A stretch of DNA of 64,000 nt from positions 2,604,001 through 2,668,000 of the forward strand of contig CP089277.1 in the NCBI GenBank assembly GCA_023920165.1. The letters run 5' to 3'. How positions within the stretch are numbered: position 1 is the first letter of the stretch; every line of letters begins with the position of its first letter. Below, piece after piece: positions 36,786 to 49,364 of this stretch. Below the pieces are notes generated by a model that made no database searches, was not told where the DNA came from, and saw only the letters and a list, made by a program, of their open reading frames with translations. A program made the translations under genes and the position numbers. The DNA comes from Curvularia clavata (Eukaryota).

Positions 36786-38567
36786 ATGACGACATCCGAG
36801 ACATCAAGATCGCCACCCAGGATGTCGTCCCTGGAGCCGACTATGGTCCGAAATACCGACGAGATGGACATGGATGAAAAGACAGAGGAAAGAATAAGAA
36901 ATAATGGCAATGAAGACAAGGGAAAAAGATTGGAAGACGATGAGATAGCAATCGAGTCCTCAAGTGCTTCAACAACCTCACACCAACCCGCGAATACCAT
37001 CGGTCAATCAAAGGAACCGGACTCAAAACAACGGGCAGTGGACCTAACAAGAACTACATCAGTAGTACCTGAGGCAGTAATAATTCCTCGGTCGCAACGG
37101 CGTGGCCTTCTCGCACGCTTCACCCTTATTCCCGAAGTCGAAAACCCAGAACATTACGCCCGGAAAACAAAATGGTTTCTCACTTTCATTGTGGCTTTCT
37201 GTGCCATGGCTGGGCCCATGGGCTCTGCTATTGTTATGCCGGTCCTCCAGGAAGTCAGCAGAGTCTTCCATGCGACCGAGGCTATTACCAACATGTCCGT
37301 CGCTGTATACATGCTTAGCATGGCCATTTTCCCCTTATGGTGGAGCTCCTTTTCCGAACGGCTGGGTCGTCGGACGATTTACATAACTTCTTTTATCCTA
37401 TTCGTGGTCTTTGCTATACTGTCGGCCGTTAGCACATCGATCGATATGTTGATAGTTTTCCGTGTCTTTTCCGGTGGCGCGGCCGCCTCCGTACAAGCGG
37501 TGGGCGCCGGGACTATCGCCGACATCTGGCAGCCGAAAGAGCGAGGTAGAGCAATGGGTTTGTTCTACCTCGGGCCCTTGTGTGGACCTTTGTTCGCCCC
37601 CATAATCGGTGGTGCACTCGGAGCTGAACTAGGATGGCGGAGTACGCAATGGTTTCTGGTCATTTATGGAGGCATCACCGTCGTCTTCATCATCTTCGCT
37701 CTGCCAGAAACACTGCATCGGCAAGAGAAGTCATCCACGAGTCCTACTGCTCCGCCTTCAGGTGATGTCAAGGAGAAGGAGTCTGGTGCAGCTCTTAGAA
37801 GAAGCACTACGCATGCTTCTACGGTACAAAAAACCAAAAGCCTACTCCTGCACATCCGTCATATCTTCATCGACCCTCTCCGGATAATAGCTTGGCTCCG
37901 CTTTCCACCAGTTCTTCTTACAGTATACTCTGCCAGCATAACCTTCGGCTCCCTTTATATTCTAAACATCAGCATCCAAAAGACCTTTTCTAGCCCTCCC
38001 TACTCCTTCTCCACCCTGATCGTTGGTCTGCTCTATATCCCCAACTCTGCAGGCTACCTTCTTGCTTCTCTCTATGGCGGCCGCTGGATCGACCACATTA
38101 TGCTCCGCGAAGCCCGCAAAGCAGGCCGCTACGATGAGCATGGAAAGCTCATTTTCCGTCCTCTTGATCGCATGAAGGAGAATGCCTGGATTGCTGCTCT
38201 CCTGTGGCCTGCAGCCCTGGTTGCCTATGGCTGGACGGTCGAACGCGGAGTTCATTGGATTGTTCCCATGGTTGCTAACTTCTTCTTTGGCATTGGTAGC
38301 ATGTTGATTTTTGCCCTCGTAAATACAATGTTGACGGAGTTTATGCCTAGACGAGCCGCAAGCGGGATTGCGTTGAACAATTTTGTGCGTAATATTTTCT
38401 CTTTTACTGGAGCGGTGGTCGCAGAGCCGATTCTGAGCGCGATTGGGAATGGGTGGTTGATGACGATTTTGGGTGTTTGGAGTGTGATTACGGGTATGGC
38501 AACGCTATATGCGATGGGCAGATGGGGAGAGAAGTGGAGGGAGGCCATGGTTAAGGTTCTTGGGTGA
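36786..38567 (+). CDS. MFS drug:H+ antiporter (DHA1; Dtr1/Qdr-like), single exon
   Basis: SERLGRR, GAGTIADIW...ERGRAMG, GPLCGP and GWRSTQW motifs. Confidence 0.92.
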   Translation: MTTSETSRSPPRMSSLEPTMVRNTDEMDMDEKTEERIRNNGNEDKGKRLEDDEIAIESSSASTTSHQPANTIGQSKEPDSKQRAVDLTRTTSVVPEAVIIPRSQRRGLLARFTLIPEVENPEHYARKTKWFLTFIVAFCAMAGPMGSAIVMPVLQEVSRVFHATEAITNMSVAVYMLSMAIFPLWWSSFSERLGRRTIYITSFILFVVFAILSAVSTSIDMLIVFRVFSGGAAASVQAVGAGTIADIWQPKERGRAMGLFYLGPLCGPLFAPIIGGALGAELGWRSTQWFLVIYGGITVVFIIFALPETLHRQEKSSTSPTAPPSGDVKEKESGAALRRSTTHASTVQKTKSLLLHIRHIFIDPLRIIAWLRFPPVLLTVYSASITFGSLYILNISIQKTFSSPPYSFSTLIVGLLYIPNSAGYLLASLYGGRWIDHIMLREARKAGRYDEHGKLIFRPLDRMKENAWIAALLWPAALVAYGWTVERGVHWIVPMVANFFFGIGSMLIFALVNTMLTEFMPRRAASGIALNNFVRNIFSFTGAVVAEPILSAIGNGWLMTILGVWSVITGMATLYAMGRWGEKWREAMVKVLG

Positions 38568-39738
38568 TTGAGCAAGGGTATTGGCGCTATAAGGTTAGAG
38601 TCTAAAAACGACTCGCAGTTACATGTATATACATAGTAGTTTCTTCCTTTCCGCCGTATAAACCAGGCCAAAGCGTCTGTGATCTACGACCAAAAGTTAT
38701 CAATGCTCAGATTGTTCCTACTTATAGTTGAGGATGTTACTTTTCTGACAGTTTTTTTTGCTTCTGAGATTCAATAAAGGTCGCACTACCTTGAATCGAT
38801 GCATGATCAGAGGTCGTAGGGTCGGAGGAGATCATATGTACATGCCAAAATTCTCAATCCCAGCGTATCTATAACCTCTCTTCATCTTCATTGACAAACC
38901 ATCATACAACAAAATGATGAGAACAGAAACCCAGTGAATTTGAGAGCTAAACCTGTTCTTGTATAACCTGCTGCAGGGCATCCTTGCATCCATCACAAAC
39001 TGCCGCATCGGCACACGCGAGATGCCGGAGCATTTTTGAGCGGCAACCACCAGCACAGATATGGGAAGGGCGCATTCGGCCCCTCTATTTGCCCTTCGCT
39101 TATTGCTCCTCCCGCTTGTAGGGGTCCAACGTGATACGTCCGGTGAGCTTAGTAGCTGGCGTTTTCGACTCGTACCATGCATGCATGCTTGCGAAGCTTT
39201 CACCTGACAAATCCAGACGACATCAAGCCTGCCAAGCCATGATGAACCTCTGACCATCGAAACATGTAGCAGCAACCTGTAGGATCCCAGCCAAGCGAGT
39301 TTCAAATGCGGTCCTTGCGGCGTTCTGCCTGGACAGCCTGAGGACACCGACCCACTAGGCCTTTGGTTCTGCAGGGACGGCCCGAAGTGAGACCGAAGAC
39401 GGACGATTGGACACCGCGTATACGCCGGCCTGGTATGCAACCTCAGACAGTCTAGCCTGGCCCATACAGAAAGTCCTCCGCATTTACGATTCTGAATCGG
39501 CTAGACTTGTCGATGTGTGTCTGTAAATCGCGTCAGTGTTACCACAACCCGGTAGTTAGAGAATTGGCAATGGATGCCAATATTCTCAACATGTTTGCGC
39601 CCTTAGGTGACGCCCTTCATGAGCAGATGGGCAAGGTATATTGGTCCTGCGACACCCACCAAGAACTTTCATCTTGTCTCAGTGGGCTTTTGTAATTTAT
39701 ACTTCAAAATCACATAATACTATTTCCTACCAATCACC

Positions 39739-42700
39739 ATGGGCATCACAAGCGGTGGGGAGAAGAGCAGCATTACCATCGATATGGAGAAGGAATCGCC
39801 CAAAGAACAGGTGACCATGAGCACTTGGAAAGCATACTGGGTTGGTTCTGACATGGACGAAATATCAAACACTTACTAACCCGTGGGATGTTTTAACAGA
39901 GAGTCTTCAAGTATGCCAAGACTATCGACCTGATCATGATAAGCATTGCTGGCATTGCTGCATGCGCTTCTGGAGTTGGCATTGCCTCTCAGAACATCAT
40001 ATTTGGTAAATTCGTTACTGAATTCACCGATTTCGACTCTGGAAATGCTGCATCAGACAACCTTCGGAACTCGGGCGCGAAGCTCGCATTCTACTTCTTC
40101 CTCTTGGGCCTTGGCCGAATGGTCATGGCATATATCTACAACTTTCTTCTTACATATAGTGCCTACCGGATCGTTAGAAATCTCCGCCATGCTTACCTCA
40201 AGGCTGCGCTACGGCAGGAAGTTGCTTATTTTGACCTCGGAACCAGTGGATCCATTGCAACACAAGCCTACTCAAATGGCCGGCTCGTCCAAGCTGGCAT
40301 CTCGGAGAAATTTGGACTGACGATACAAGGCTTGTCAGCTTTCTTCAGTTCCTTTGTCATTGCATTCGCTACCAATTGGAAACTCACGCTCATCATTTGC
40401 GGCATCGCACCTTTAACGGTTGGTGTGATGATTGGTTGTGCTTTTGTCGAAGCTGGCTATGAGGCTAAGATTCTCGAGCACTACGCCGATGCAAACTCCT
40501 TTGCTGAGGGCGTTATCGCTAGTATTCGTACAGTCCATGCTTTTGAGATGAGAGCGCAGTTGGTCGAAAAGTTCGATTCATTCCTCAAGCAAGCGCATCG
40601 CTGGGGCAAGAAGATTTCGCCTCTATTCGGTATTCTGTTTTCGGCCGAGTACACCATCATCTATCTGGGCAATGCACTTGCGTTTTGGAGAGGAATCCAC
40701 ATGCTTGCTAGTGGCGAGATAGCAAACACTGGAGACGTCTTCACAGTTTTGCTCTCTGTCGTTATTGCCGCACTCAGCATCACCCAGCTGGCGCCACATT
40801 CTATCGAGTTCACTCGCGCCGCCTCTGCCGCTGTGCAGCTCTATGTGGTCATTGACAGACAAACGGCTATCGATCCCATGGACCCATCTGGAGAACGGCC
40901 AACCTCTCTTACCGGAGACGTCGAGCTTGAAAACATTGAATTTTCCTACCCAACCAGGCCCAACACTCGTGTACTGAAGAACTTCTCTCTTCGTGCGCCT
41001 GCCGGCAAGGTCACGGCTCTTGTCGGCCACAGTGGATCTGGAAAGAGTACTATAGTCGGTCTTCTGGAGCGTTGGTACAACCCTACCTCTGGAACAATCA
41101 AGCTTGACGGTCGACCCATTAGCTCACTGAATATTGCCTGGTTGCGGAAGAACGTTCGTCTAGTACAACAGGTATGATTGATAATCAAGCTTTGAAGATG
41201 CACCACTGACTATTGTTGTCTGTAGGAGCCTGTTTTGTTCCGGGGATCCGTTTTTGACAATATCGCAAACGGCCTTTATGGTACAGACCTGGAAGATGCT
41301 TCGAAGGAAGATAAGATGAGCCATGTTGTAGCCGCCGCGAAGACCGCATACGCCCACGACTTCATCTCGCAACTACCGAACGGCTACGATACAGAGATTG
41401 GTCAGCGTGGAGGGTTGCTGTCCGGCGGGCAGAAGCAGCGTATTGCTATTGCGCGAAGCCTCGTATCGAACCCCAGGGTTCTCCTGCTGGATGAAGCAAC
41501 TAGCGCACTCGATCCTCACGCAGAAGGCATCGTTCAACAAGCTTTGGACCAAGCCTCTGCTGGCCGCACCACGATCGTCATCGCACATAAACTGGCCACG
41601 GTCCGCAACGCTCACAATATCGTCGTCATGTCCAAAGGGGAGATTATCGAACAAGGAACGCATAACCATCTCATCGCTCTGAAGGGTGCCTATTCTCGTC
41701 TGGTAACTATCCAACAACTTACTGTTGATAGTGAGGATCCATCTGAGGGCACGAGTGTGGAAGCAATGGATGAAAAGTCTTCAAAAGATGGCGATTACGA
41801 AGAAAAGGAAACTCTGGCTCGTCGCATTACTACCAACCAAGGAGGCGCCCCTATCCAGACTGGAGCTGACAGGTACAACGATGACGGCTCAAATCACCTT
41901 GGATTATTGGCGGTTGTATGGCGACTCATCACTGAAACTCCAGACTTGAAATGGGCATATTTGGCCATGTTTTCCGGCTGCATCGTCTCTGGTGGGTACT
42001 TCTGTTATCACTTTTGTGCTGTTGTATGTTTGCTAACTGTTTTGTAGCGGGCCTGTTTCCCGGCCAAGCTGTTCTCATGGCCAATATGATTGATGTTTTC
42101 ACTCTAACTGGATCAGAGATGACTAGCCAAGGAAACTTCTATGCGGCCATGTTCGTTGCACTTGCTGGAGCTTGTCTGTTCTCATACTATGTTATGGGAT
42201 GGGGCACAAATACTCTTGCACAAGTAAGTCCTGTAAGAAATCTGTGATGCCGTTAAATGTACTGATCAATTCTGTTTCCAGGCTTTGGGCCACAACTTGA
42301 GAAAGCAAATCTTCAACGAAATCCTCCGTCAGGATATTGAGTACTTTGACCGCCCAGAAAACAACATCGGTGCACTCGCGAGCCGAATTGACTCTTACCC
42401 TCAGGCTGTTTTTGAGCTAATGGGCTTCAACATTGGCTTCATCCTCATCGCGGTATTGAGTATTGCAGCCTGCTCCATCCTTGGTATCGTTTACGCCTGG
42501 AAGCTTGGCTTGGTCATAGTACTGGCTGGAATACCCGCCGTTGTTGGCTTTGGCTGGATCAAGATGCGTTTCGATGGCAGGCTTGATCGTATTGTTGCCA
42601 ACAGACTAGCCACAAGTTCTGCGATTGCATCAGAATCAACAACGGCTATCCGGACGGTTTCATCCCTCGGGATTGAGAACGCAATCTTGGATCGGTACAC

Positions 42701-43917
42701 TTTTGAGTTGGATCAAGCTGTGAAAGGATCACGCAAGAATCTTCTCTTCGTGATGGTCTGGTTTGCTTTGTCGCAAGCGTCAGAATACTGGTTCATGGCT
42801 CTCGGATTCTGGTATGTCTCCACACATAATCCTTTGCCCGCTCAGATCTAACTTGATGTACTCAGGTACGGATGCCGTCTTGTGGCTTCTCGAGAAATCA
42901 CAATCTTCGAGTTCTTTGTTTCCTACATGTCGGTCTTCTTCTGCGCACAGGCAACATCACAGATCTTCCAGTTCTCAACCAGTAAGTATTTGTATTTCGA
43001 ACATACCAGGGATTCGTATTCTAACATGATGAAAAGGTATCACCAAAGGGAAGAACGGTGCTAATGCAATCTTCTGGCTTCGTCAAATGCAACCCATTGT
43101 TCAAGAAACACCACAAAATAAGGACAACAGCCCTGATGCTGGGGGATCTCTGCGCCTTGCTGAAACAAGCTTTGCTTACCCCCTGAGGCCTCATGCACCA
43201 GTTCTCAAAAACATCAACTTGGAGGTCGCCAAAGGTCAATTCGTTGCACTTGTGGGTGCCTCTGGATGTGGTAAATCTACCATTATCTCAATGCTTGAGC
43301 GTTTCTACGATCCTACAAGTGGAGCAGTTCTACTCGGGGATCAAGAGTTGACTGATTTGAATCCACGCAAGTATCGGGCTCAGGTGGGACTTGTGCAGCA
43401 AGAACCTACACTTTTCCAGGGCACCATTCGCGAGAACATCGCCCTTGGGATAGACAATACTGTTTCCAACACGATAATGGAAACAGGCACAGTCTCAGAT
43501 TCGGAGATAGAGAGAGCTCTACGCGCCGCCAATGCTTGGGACTTTGTGTCCTCGCTTCCAGAAGGAGTAAATACCGCAGCTGGGCCAAACGGCACTCAGC
43601 TTTCTGGCGGCCAAAGACAGCGTATCGCAATTGCGCGTGCGCTTGTCCGCAATCCTCGTATATTATTGCTTGATGAAGCCACAAGCGCTCTAGATACAGA
43701 GAGTGAGAAGATTGTGCAAAACGCATTGGCAGAGGCCGCTAAAAATGGCGACCGAATCACCATCGCTGTGGCACATCGATTATCAACCATCAAGGATGCA
43801 GATTTGATATGCGTCTTCTATGGTGGAAGGATCGTCGAGCAGGGTACTCATACGGAACTGCTCACTGGAAACGGAAGTTTGTACAAAAAGATGTGCGAGG
43901 CACAGAGCCTGGCATAG
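39739..43917 (+). CDS. Full-length ABC-B (MDR/P-glycoprotein-type) transporter; introns 39841-39899, 41172-41225, 41992-42047, 42224-42281, 42812-42865, 42982-43036
   Basis: TMD-NBD-TMD-NBD layout. Walker A GHSGSGKST and GASGCGKST, signatures LSGGQKQRIAIAR and LSGGQRQRIAIAR, LLDEATSALD twice. Canonical GT-AG introns link the ORFs. Confidence 0.93.
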
Positions 43918-44585
43918 TTATCCCCTACACTTGTAAATAGAACTCCTTAAAATATCATTTATTGGCTTGGAACGGAATCTCAATCTATCCCTTTCGTGCA
44001 CTGTTCTCCTTTCGGGTTCGGCCTCTGGGCGCATCGTGTCGACTTGCCTGCCAAGATTGCCAGTGTTCTAGACGCTGTTTCGTTGAGATCACTCATCATC
44101 TAGCCCGCCACAGGGGCTCTCCACATGTTGCAGAAGAAGTCTTCTGCATGTAGTGAGACGTAGATCGCCTGTATAGTGTTCATCTTGCGTGCACCCTTGC
44201 CACTAGGGCGGCTATGGCTCCTGTCCTACGAGCTTGTGACTCACCCGAATGACAACAAAAGTGTAAAATTTTGAACGTACAAAAATTCACAAGAGGTAAG
44301 AAAACAGATCAATGTCTTTTTGGGGCAGTGATGCATTGAATCTAGCGATTGACTGGGCATTGCCCTGGTAACGACTGCTCCCTAGTATACAAATGAAAGT
44401 GGACAAATGCCTATGTGAAGAAAAGAAGTACTAGAGCATCTATGAGGCTCAATGACGACGTCTGCAGACATGTTAGGATCGTTAATAGCATGCCAATGAT
44501 ATAAAATGATTCGTGACGCAAGAACGGAAAGCGTTGTCGTAAGTCCTTGCCATACATAAATCGCGTTCTCTGCAAGCTTTCCGAC

Positions 44586-46347
44586 TTAATCCAAAAGTTT
44601 CTGAGCCCAAGCTGCACTTTCGTACCAAGCTCTAATTTTCTTTCCAAACACATAAAGCGGAAGTGCGGCTATCGTGACAGCGGCAGCAGCAGCGGCCATG
44701 CTTCCAAAGACAACCATGGGTCCGTCAGACATCAGCCAGTTGATCATAGGGTTGATGCCAACCGTCACGATACCAGCAGAGACCATGTTGATAGTAGAGA
44801 AGGCCTGAGCGGAATGCTCAGGGTGGCAGTCGATAACATAGGAAATGGCGATCTGAATGCCGGCAGCGCTGCCAACATTGGTGACTGTCATCCAGACAAG
44901 GATCCAGGCTAGAGGCAGAGAGTTTTGGAACGATCCTCCGAGGCCAAAGAGTCCGACCATTGTGACGGGGGTCGCGAGGAGAAGGAGCACAAGACGGAAC
45001 TCAGGCTCGACCATGCCTTTCTTGGTGCCGTTGTGACGAGCCATCAGTCCAACAGATGCATCAGACATCCAGCCGAACAGAGGTCCTGCAACCAGGCCAA
45101 CGAGGAAAGGTGGAAGATTTGTCATGCCGATTTCGGTGGGTCCCAGATCGTACGGAGGTGCGGACAAAAGGATGGACATGAAAGTGTTGATGCCAGCGAG
45201 GAAGAAGAAGACCATAGCGTTGAGGAAGCAGCTGTAGATCACGATTGGGGAAGTGATGAGTCCGAGCGGCTTGATCATTCCCTTGAAGAATGACTTGTTT
45301 GAGAGTCTGCCATTAGAAAGCGCTAGTTTCTGCCCGTATGACTTCTTTGGAGGCACGTTGGAGCCTTTGAGGTCTTCTTCGTCCCAGTCGCTGCTTCCCT
45401 TGCCAGCCTTGACTTGGATTGTATCAACACTCTCCTGGCGGTTGAAGTATGCTGATTCGAATATAGTAAAGTAGAACAACGGTGCCATGGCCGCGAAGAT
45501 AAGACCAGTGATGAGGAAGTTTGCTGACACCCCGAATGCATCCGTAACGACACCAGCAATGATTGATCTAGAAATTTCTTCATATCAGTAACTTTCTTGT
45601 GGGTAAATTTCTGCAAATACTAACCCGACCTGTGCTCCAGAATTGAGCATGAGGTTCCACACGGCAATAGATCTACCTCGCTGGTGCACGAAAAAGATAT
45701 CAGCGATTGTTGCAGTAATAAGTGTGAACAGCGGTGCAGAGAAAAGACCTCCTGCCGTTCGTGCAATCGCCAGCATAGGGAATGTTGTTGAGAAGTAACC
45801 AGCAAAATTTGACAAAGAAAGCAAGACAACGCTCCAAAAGTAGAACGCTCTTCTGCCCCAGATGTCTGATCCAGCAACACAGACAAAGGCCGCAGCTGAC
45901 GTCCAGAAGGTCGGTGCTGTAACGATCCATGTTGATACGTCACCCTCATTGCTCTGTAGTTTCTCAGTCAAAGGCTCGAGGCCGGGCGTGAGCATCGTCG
46001 TTGATCTGTGACGTATCAGCAATAATCGCATTTGGACATGTGATGAATCTGGATGCTTACGAATTGGTCATTGCAGACCCAAAGGCGAGAACGAAAATGT
46101 GCACACATTTCCATAACAAAGACCTGTATAAGTCAGCGGAGATTGTCAAATAGCGCTTTTGGGCGAATGCTTGCCAGTTCAAGGGATCATTTGGGTCATC
46201 ACTAGGCTCTGGAGAAAGGGCCACAGTTTTATTTTTCTTCGAAGTGCCGTAATCAGAGAAATTGTCGTCTGTTGTCTCCTTCGCTCCTACAATGGCTGTG
46301 CCGCGAGGGAGTGCCGCACGCCTGCTTTCAAGTACACCCCACCCCAT
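44586..46347 (-). CDS. MFS transporter (HOL1-like DHA1); exons 46347-46175, 46123-46061, 46005-45625, 45567-44586
   Basis: MGWGVLE...PRGT start, PSDDPNDPLNW, DIWGRR, DIFFVHQRG and EPEFRL motifs. Introns 46124-46174 (GC-AG), 46006-46060 and 45568-45624. Confidence 0.85.
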
Positions 46348-49300
46348 TTTTTTATTTTATCCCTTTACGATTTTTTTTTGTAAGAACTGCCAGAGTCCCC
46401 TTGTTCCGAAAACGATGTCAAGTTGATAACGAGTGCTGCGTAGGAAAAAAGAAGTTGCGAAAACACGTAAAGGTAGAAACTGTCCAGCAGTGGTGCCAAA
46501 ACCAGCAGGCAAAGAAAAGAAGAAAAAAATTGCAGAGAACGTGAGAAGAAAAAACAGAATGAGATCCGGTCTGCAGACTGTGTGAACTTGTTCAGTGACG
46601 GATCGATATTAATTTGAAGGCGTTGAACTTTGTGTACTTCTTGGCCACCAGGGCTCGAAAGGGCTCTAACACTACCAAGGAAGTTACGCGTACTATGACA
46701 GGCGGGGATGGGCATTACTCGGGGGTTCGTTACTGCGACATGTCGCAACGCAGTCTCGCAAACATGGACAAGCGATATGGACGAGGCGTGCCACAGATCC
46801 ACTGCAATGACATTTTCTATTGGTACGATGATAATTTGTTCCAGTATCCTCTACCCGTACCGCAGATTGGTACGCACGCTTAGCGTGTTTTCCGCGCTTT
46901 TAGGATACCCTTCCTACCATTTGCCATACTCATATGCCTTCTCAACCCATTACTAAAGCATTGCGACAGTCGAAGAAAACCATGCTCTCAACACACTACA
47001 GCATTTACCAGCTGTCGTTATTTGACCCGACGGGATAGCCAAGCGTTTTGAAATATCCAGAACAGGATCAGTAGGATCTGGCCGCTGTCGCAGGAGCCGC
47101 CCAATTTTTTTTCGATAGAAATTGATCAACGACAGCCAAAGAGCCATTTTGGTACCTGCATCAAAGGGCTGAAGTTGCTTGAATGTTGGGGTATGCGCAC
47201 ACTCACGCCACTGATTGCACCGCCGCAGATCCTCAGACAGGGTCTCGCTACGCTGGTGGCGGCACCTGAAACCCCTGATGTGCAGCACGAGTAAAATCGC
47301 CGAAAAGTGCATTTGGCCGGCTCGGCACCTCATTGAGTAACCTTCGTTTTAGGGCAAAAGGGCGTATTTGTCTGGGCATGCAAGGCGGGGTTTCTAGCCG
47401 TTGATGCCGATCCAAGTGATGTTCGGCTGCTGGGACCTAGGAACTGACAATACTAAAAAAGGAGAATTACTAGGGCCACTGGTTCCTGATATAACGATAC
47501 TTCCTCCATATTCTCTATCTGGATGTCAATATTACATCCTGAGCATATGAGTATAAAGTATACGCTATACCGATATCTCCTTGCAACAAGCAGCCTTGAT
47601 GAATTCTGGAAACTTTACCCTTGCCCACTCTCAAAGCCTGATATCATCAGACCTGAAGCGGATGGGTATCGTTTGGTGTGCGTGACTGGAATGGGCAATC
47701 ATTCTTGGAACGGTGTGGAGACGGATTGCAGCTGTAAAACGGGAGACCCCGACGACAGTTCCGTGGGATTGAAGCATCAACCATGACTGGGATGGAGCCT
47801 GTCGACAGGCTTATACTAGACTCTCCATAAGAGCCCCACCTAGATGCCGCAGAAATCAGGACGCAAGGGCCCAAAGACAGATCTCAAAGTTATACGCGCC
47901 GACCTATGAAAGCTCGCTTTACCCGCTTGGACCCAAAGTGAGACATCCAGGAGCATCGCTCTCTGAAACAAGCAGTACAGCCAAGAAAACGTAGAAGTCT
48001 TGCATCTAGTGTAAATCTTCCATTACTAATGCGGATACACTATTACTTGTGCCCTTGACGCAAGCGCAACCATTATCCCATCTTCCGATTTCTTGTCTGT
48101 GACAAGCACGAATATACAAGAACTGCTTCCTTGCAAGTTCTCCAGCTATACGCGTCATAAAATAAATAGCTGGTATATCTATTTGGAATGCTTACAATAG
48201 CAATTCGCGACGCATACACATACAACTTGCCAAGCAGTGATGGCAAACATCACGTGTAAAGCCGACACCATCTTCCTACGTCGTGCGCGTGCGCCAACTC
48301 AGCACCATTCGTAACCCAGGTACCGACTCTGAAGAATTTTCATGTCATACACATCAAATTCGCTCATTCACTCCGATCACCGATGAAGTAGCATAGTATT
48401 TGCTCGCCCGTCTACCGTTCTGAGGCCAACTCTGTTGTCCAAACAACCACAGTCAGGGCTTCCTGGTAGCATTTCAGACATGCAAAATCAGAAGGCCGAG
48501 TTCAGAGAAACATAACCTTCCCTCTGTGATACAACGCCATCTCACAATGAACCAACGCGCTCATACCAACTCGCCATCTCTATCCAAGTCAATGCTGCGG
48601 CAGATACGCTAAGACATTACTATACCCCATTAGCTCGGCTTCATGAGCCCCTTTGTTGAGATATTTGCTCGCTCCATTCTTTCTGTTCAAATATTTCTAG
48701 CATGAGACTATAAGCAAGGAAAATAGCGTACTCACATGTTATAAGGAGCCATGTCAAGGGCCCGAATTAAATGACGTTTACTGTTCCACTTGGAGATTAT
48801 GATCTTAGAAAGCAACACTGACTTGAAAAGAATATAAGATATATTTTTGGAGGAAAGAGTGGTTCATTTAGTGTACACGAAGGTAGAATGAACGTTAAAC
48901 ACCTGGTGCTAGAAGTAATGTCGTGCGCTAGGTTCTTCGTTCAGGTATGCGGAGAAAGAGGCGAAGGGGTGTATTTTAGAAAGTTCTTTTGCTTGACTTG
49001 GTTTTTAGAGAGAAGGGTAAGGTGAGCGAAGGTTATCTCAGATTAGTTTAGCGGCAGATGTTAGTCAAGTCCGTCTGTACTTTAATTCTTTGTTTATCCT
49101 AAAGAGGCAAGAGCGATATAAGGTTCCGCATTAAAGAATCACCCCCTTCATGAAAGTCCAACGAGATAAAAAGCATGAGAAGTGCAGTGTAGGCGAAGGT
49201 AGGAATTTATAGCGGATCTGGTTAAGCTATTGAAGACGTATAGAGAGGATTCCAAAAAAGTATGTTTTTTTCATGTGACATCAAATCATCTCTGCATACG

Positions 49301-49364
49301 CTAAACATTAGTTACACTATTTTCCGCTAAATACGACTTATTAAACAACAAGACTCGCGCAAAT

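Noticed and set aside
38832..39440. 202-aa minus-strand ORF upstream of the ABC transporter
   Set aside because: Non-ATG start, unnatural composition, and it lies in the probable promoter region.
48660..49300. AT-rich stretch that might be a RIP-degraded transposon remnant
   Set aside because: No terminal repeats, target-site duplication or transposase/RT motifs seen; a RIP index could not be computed.
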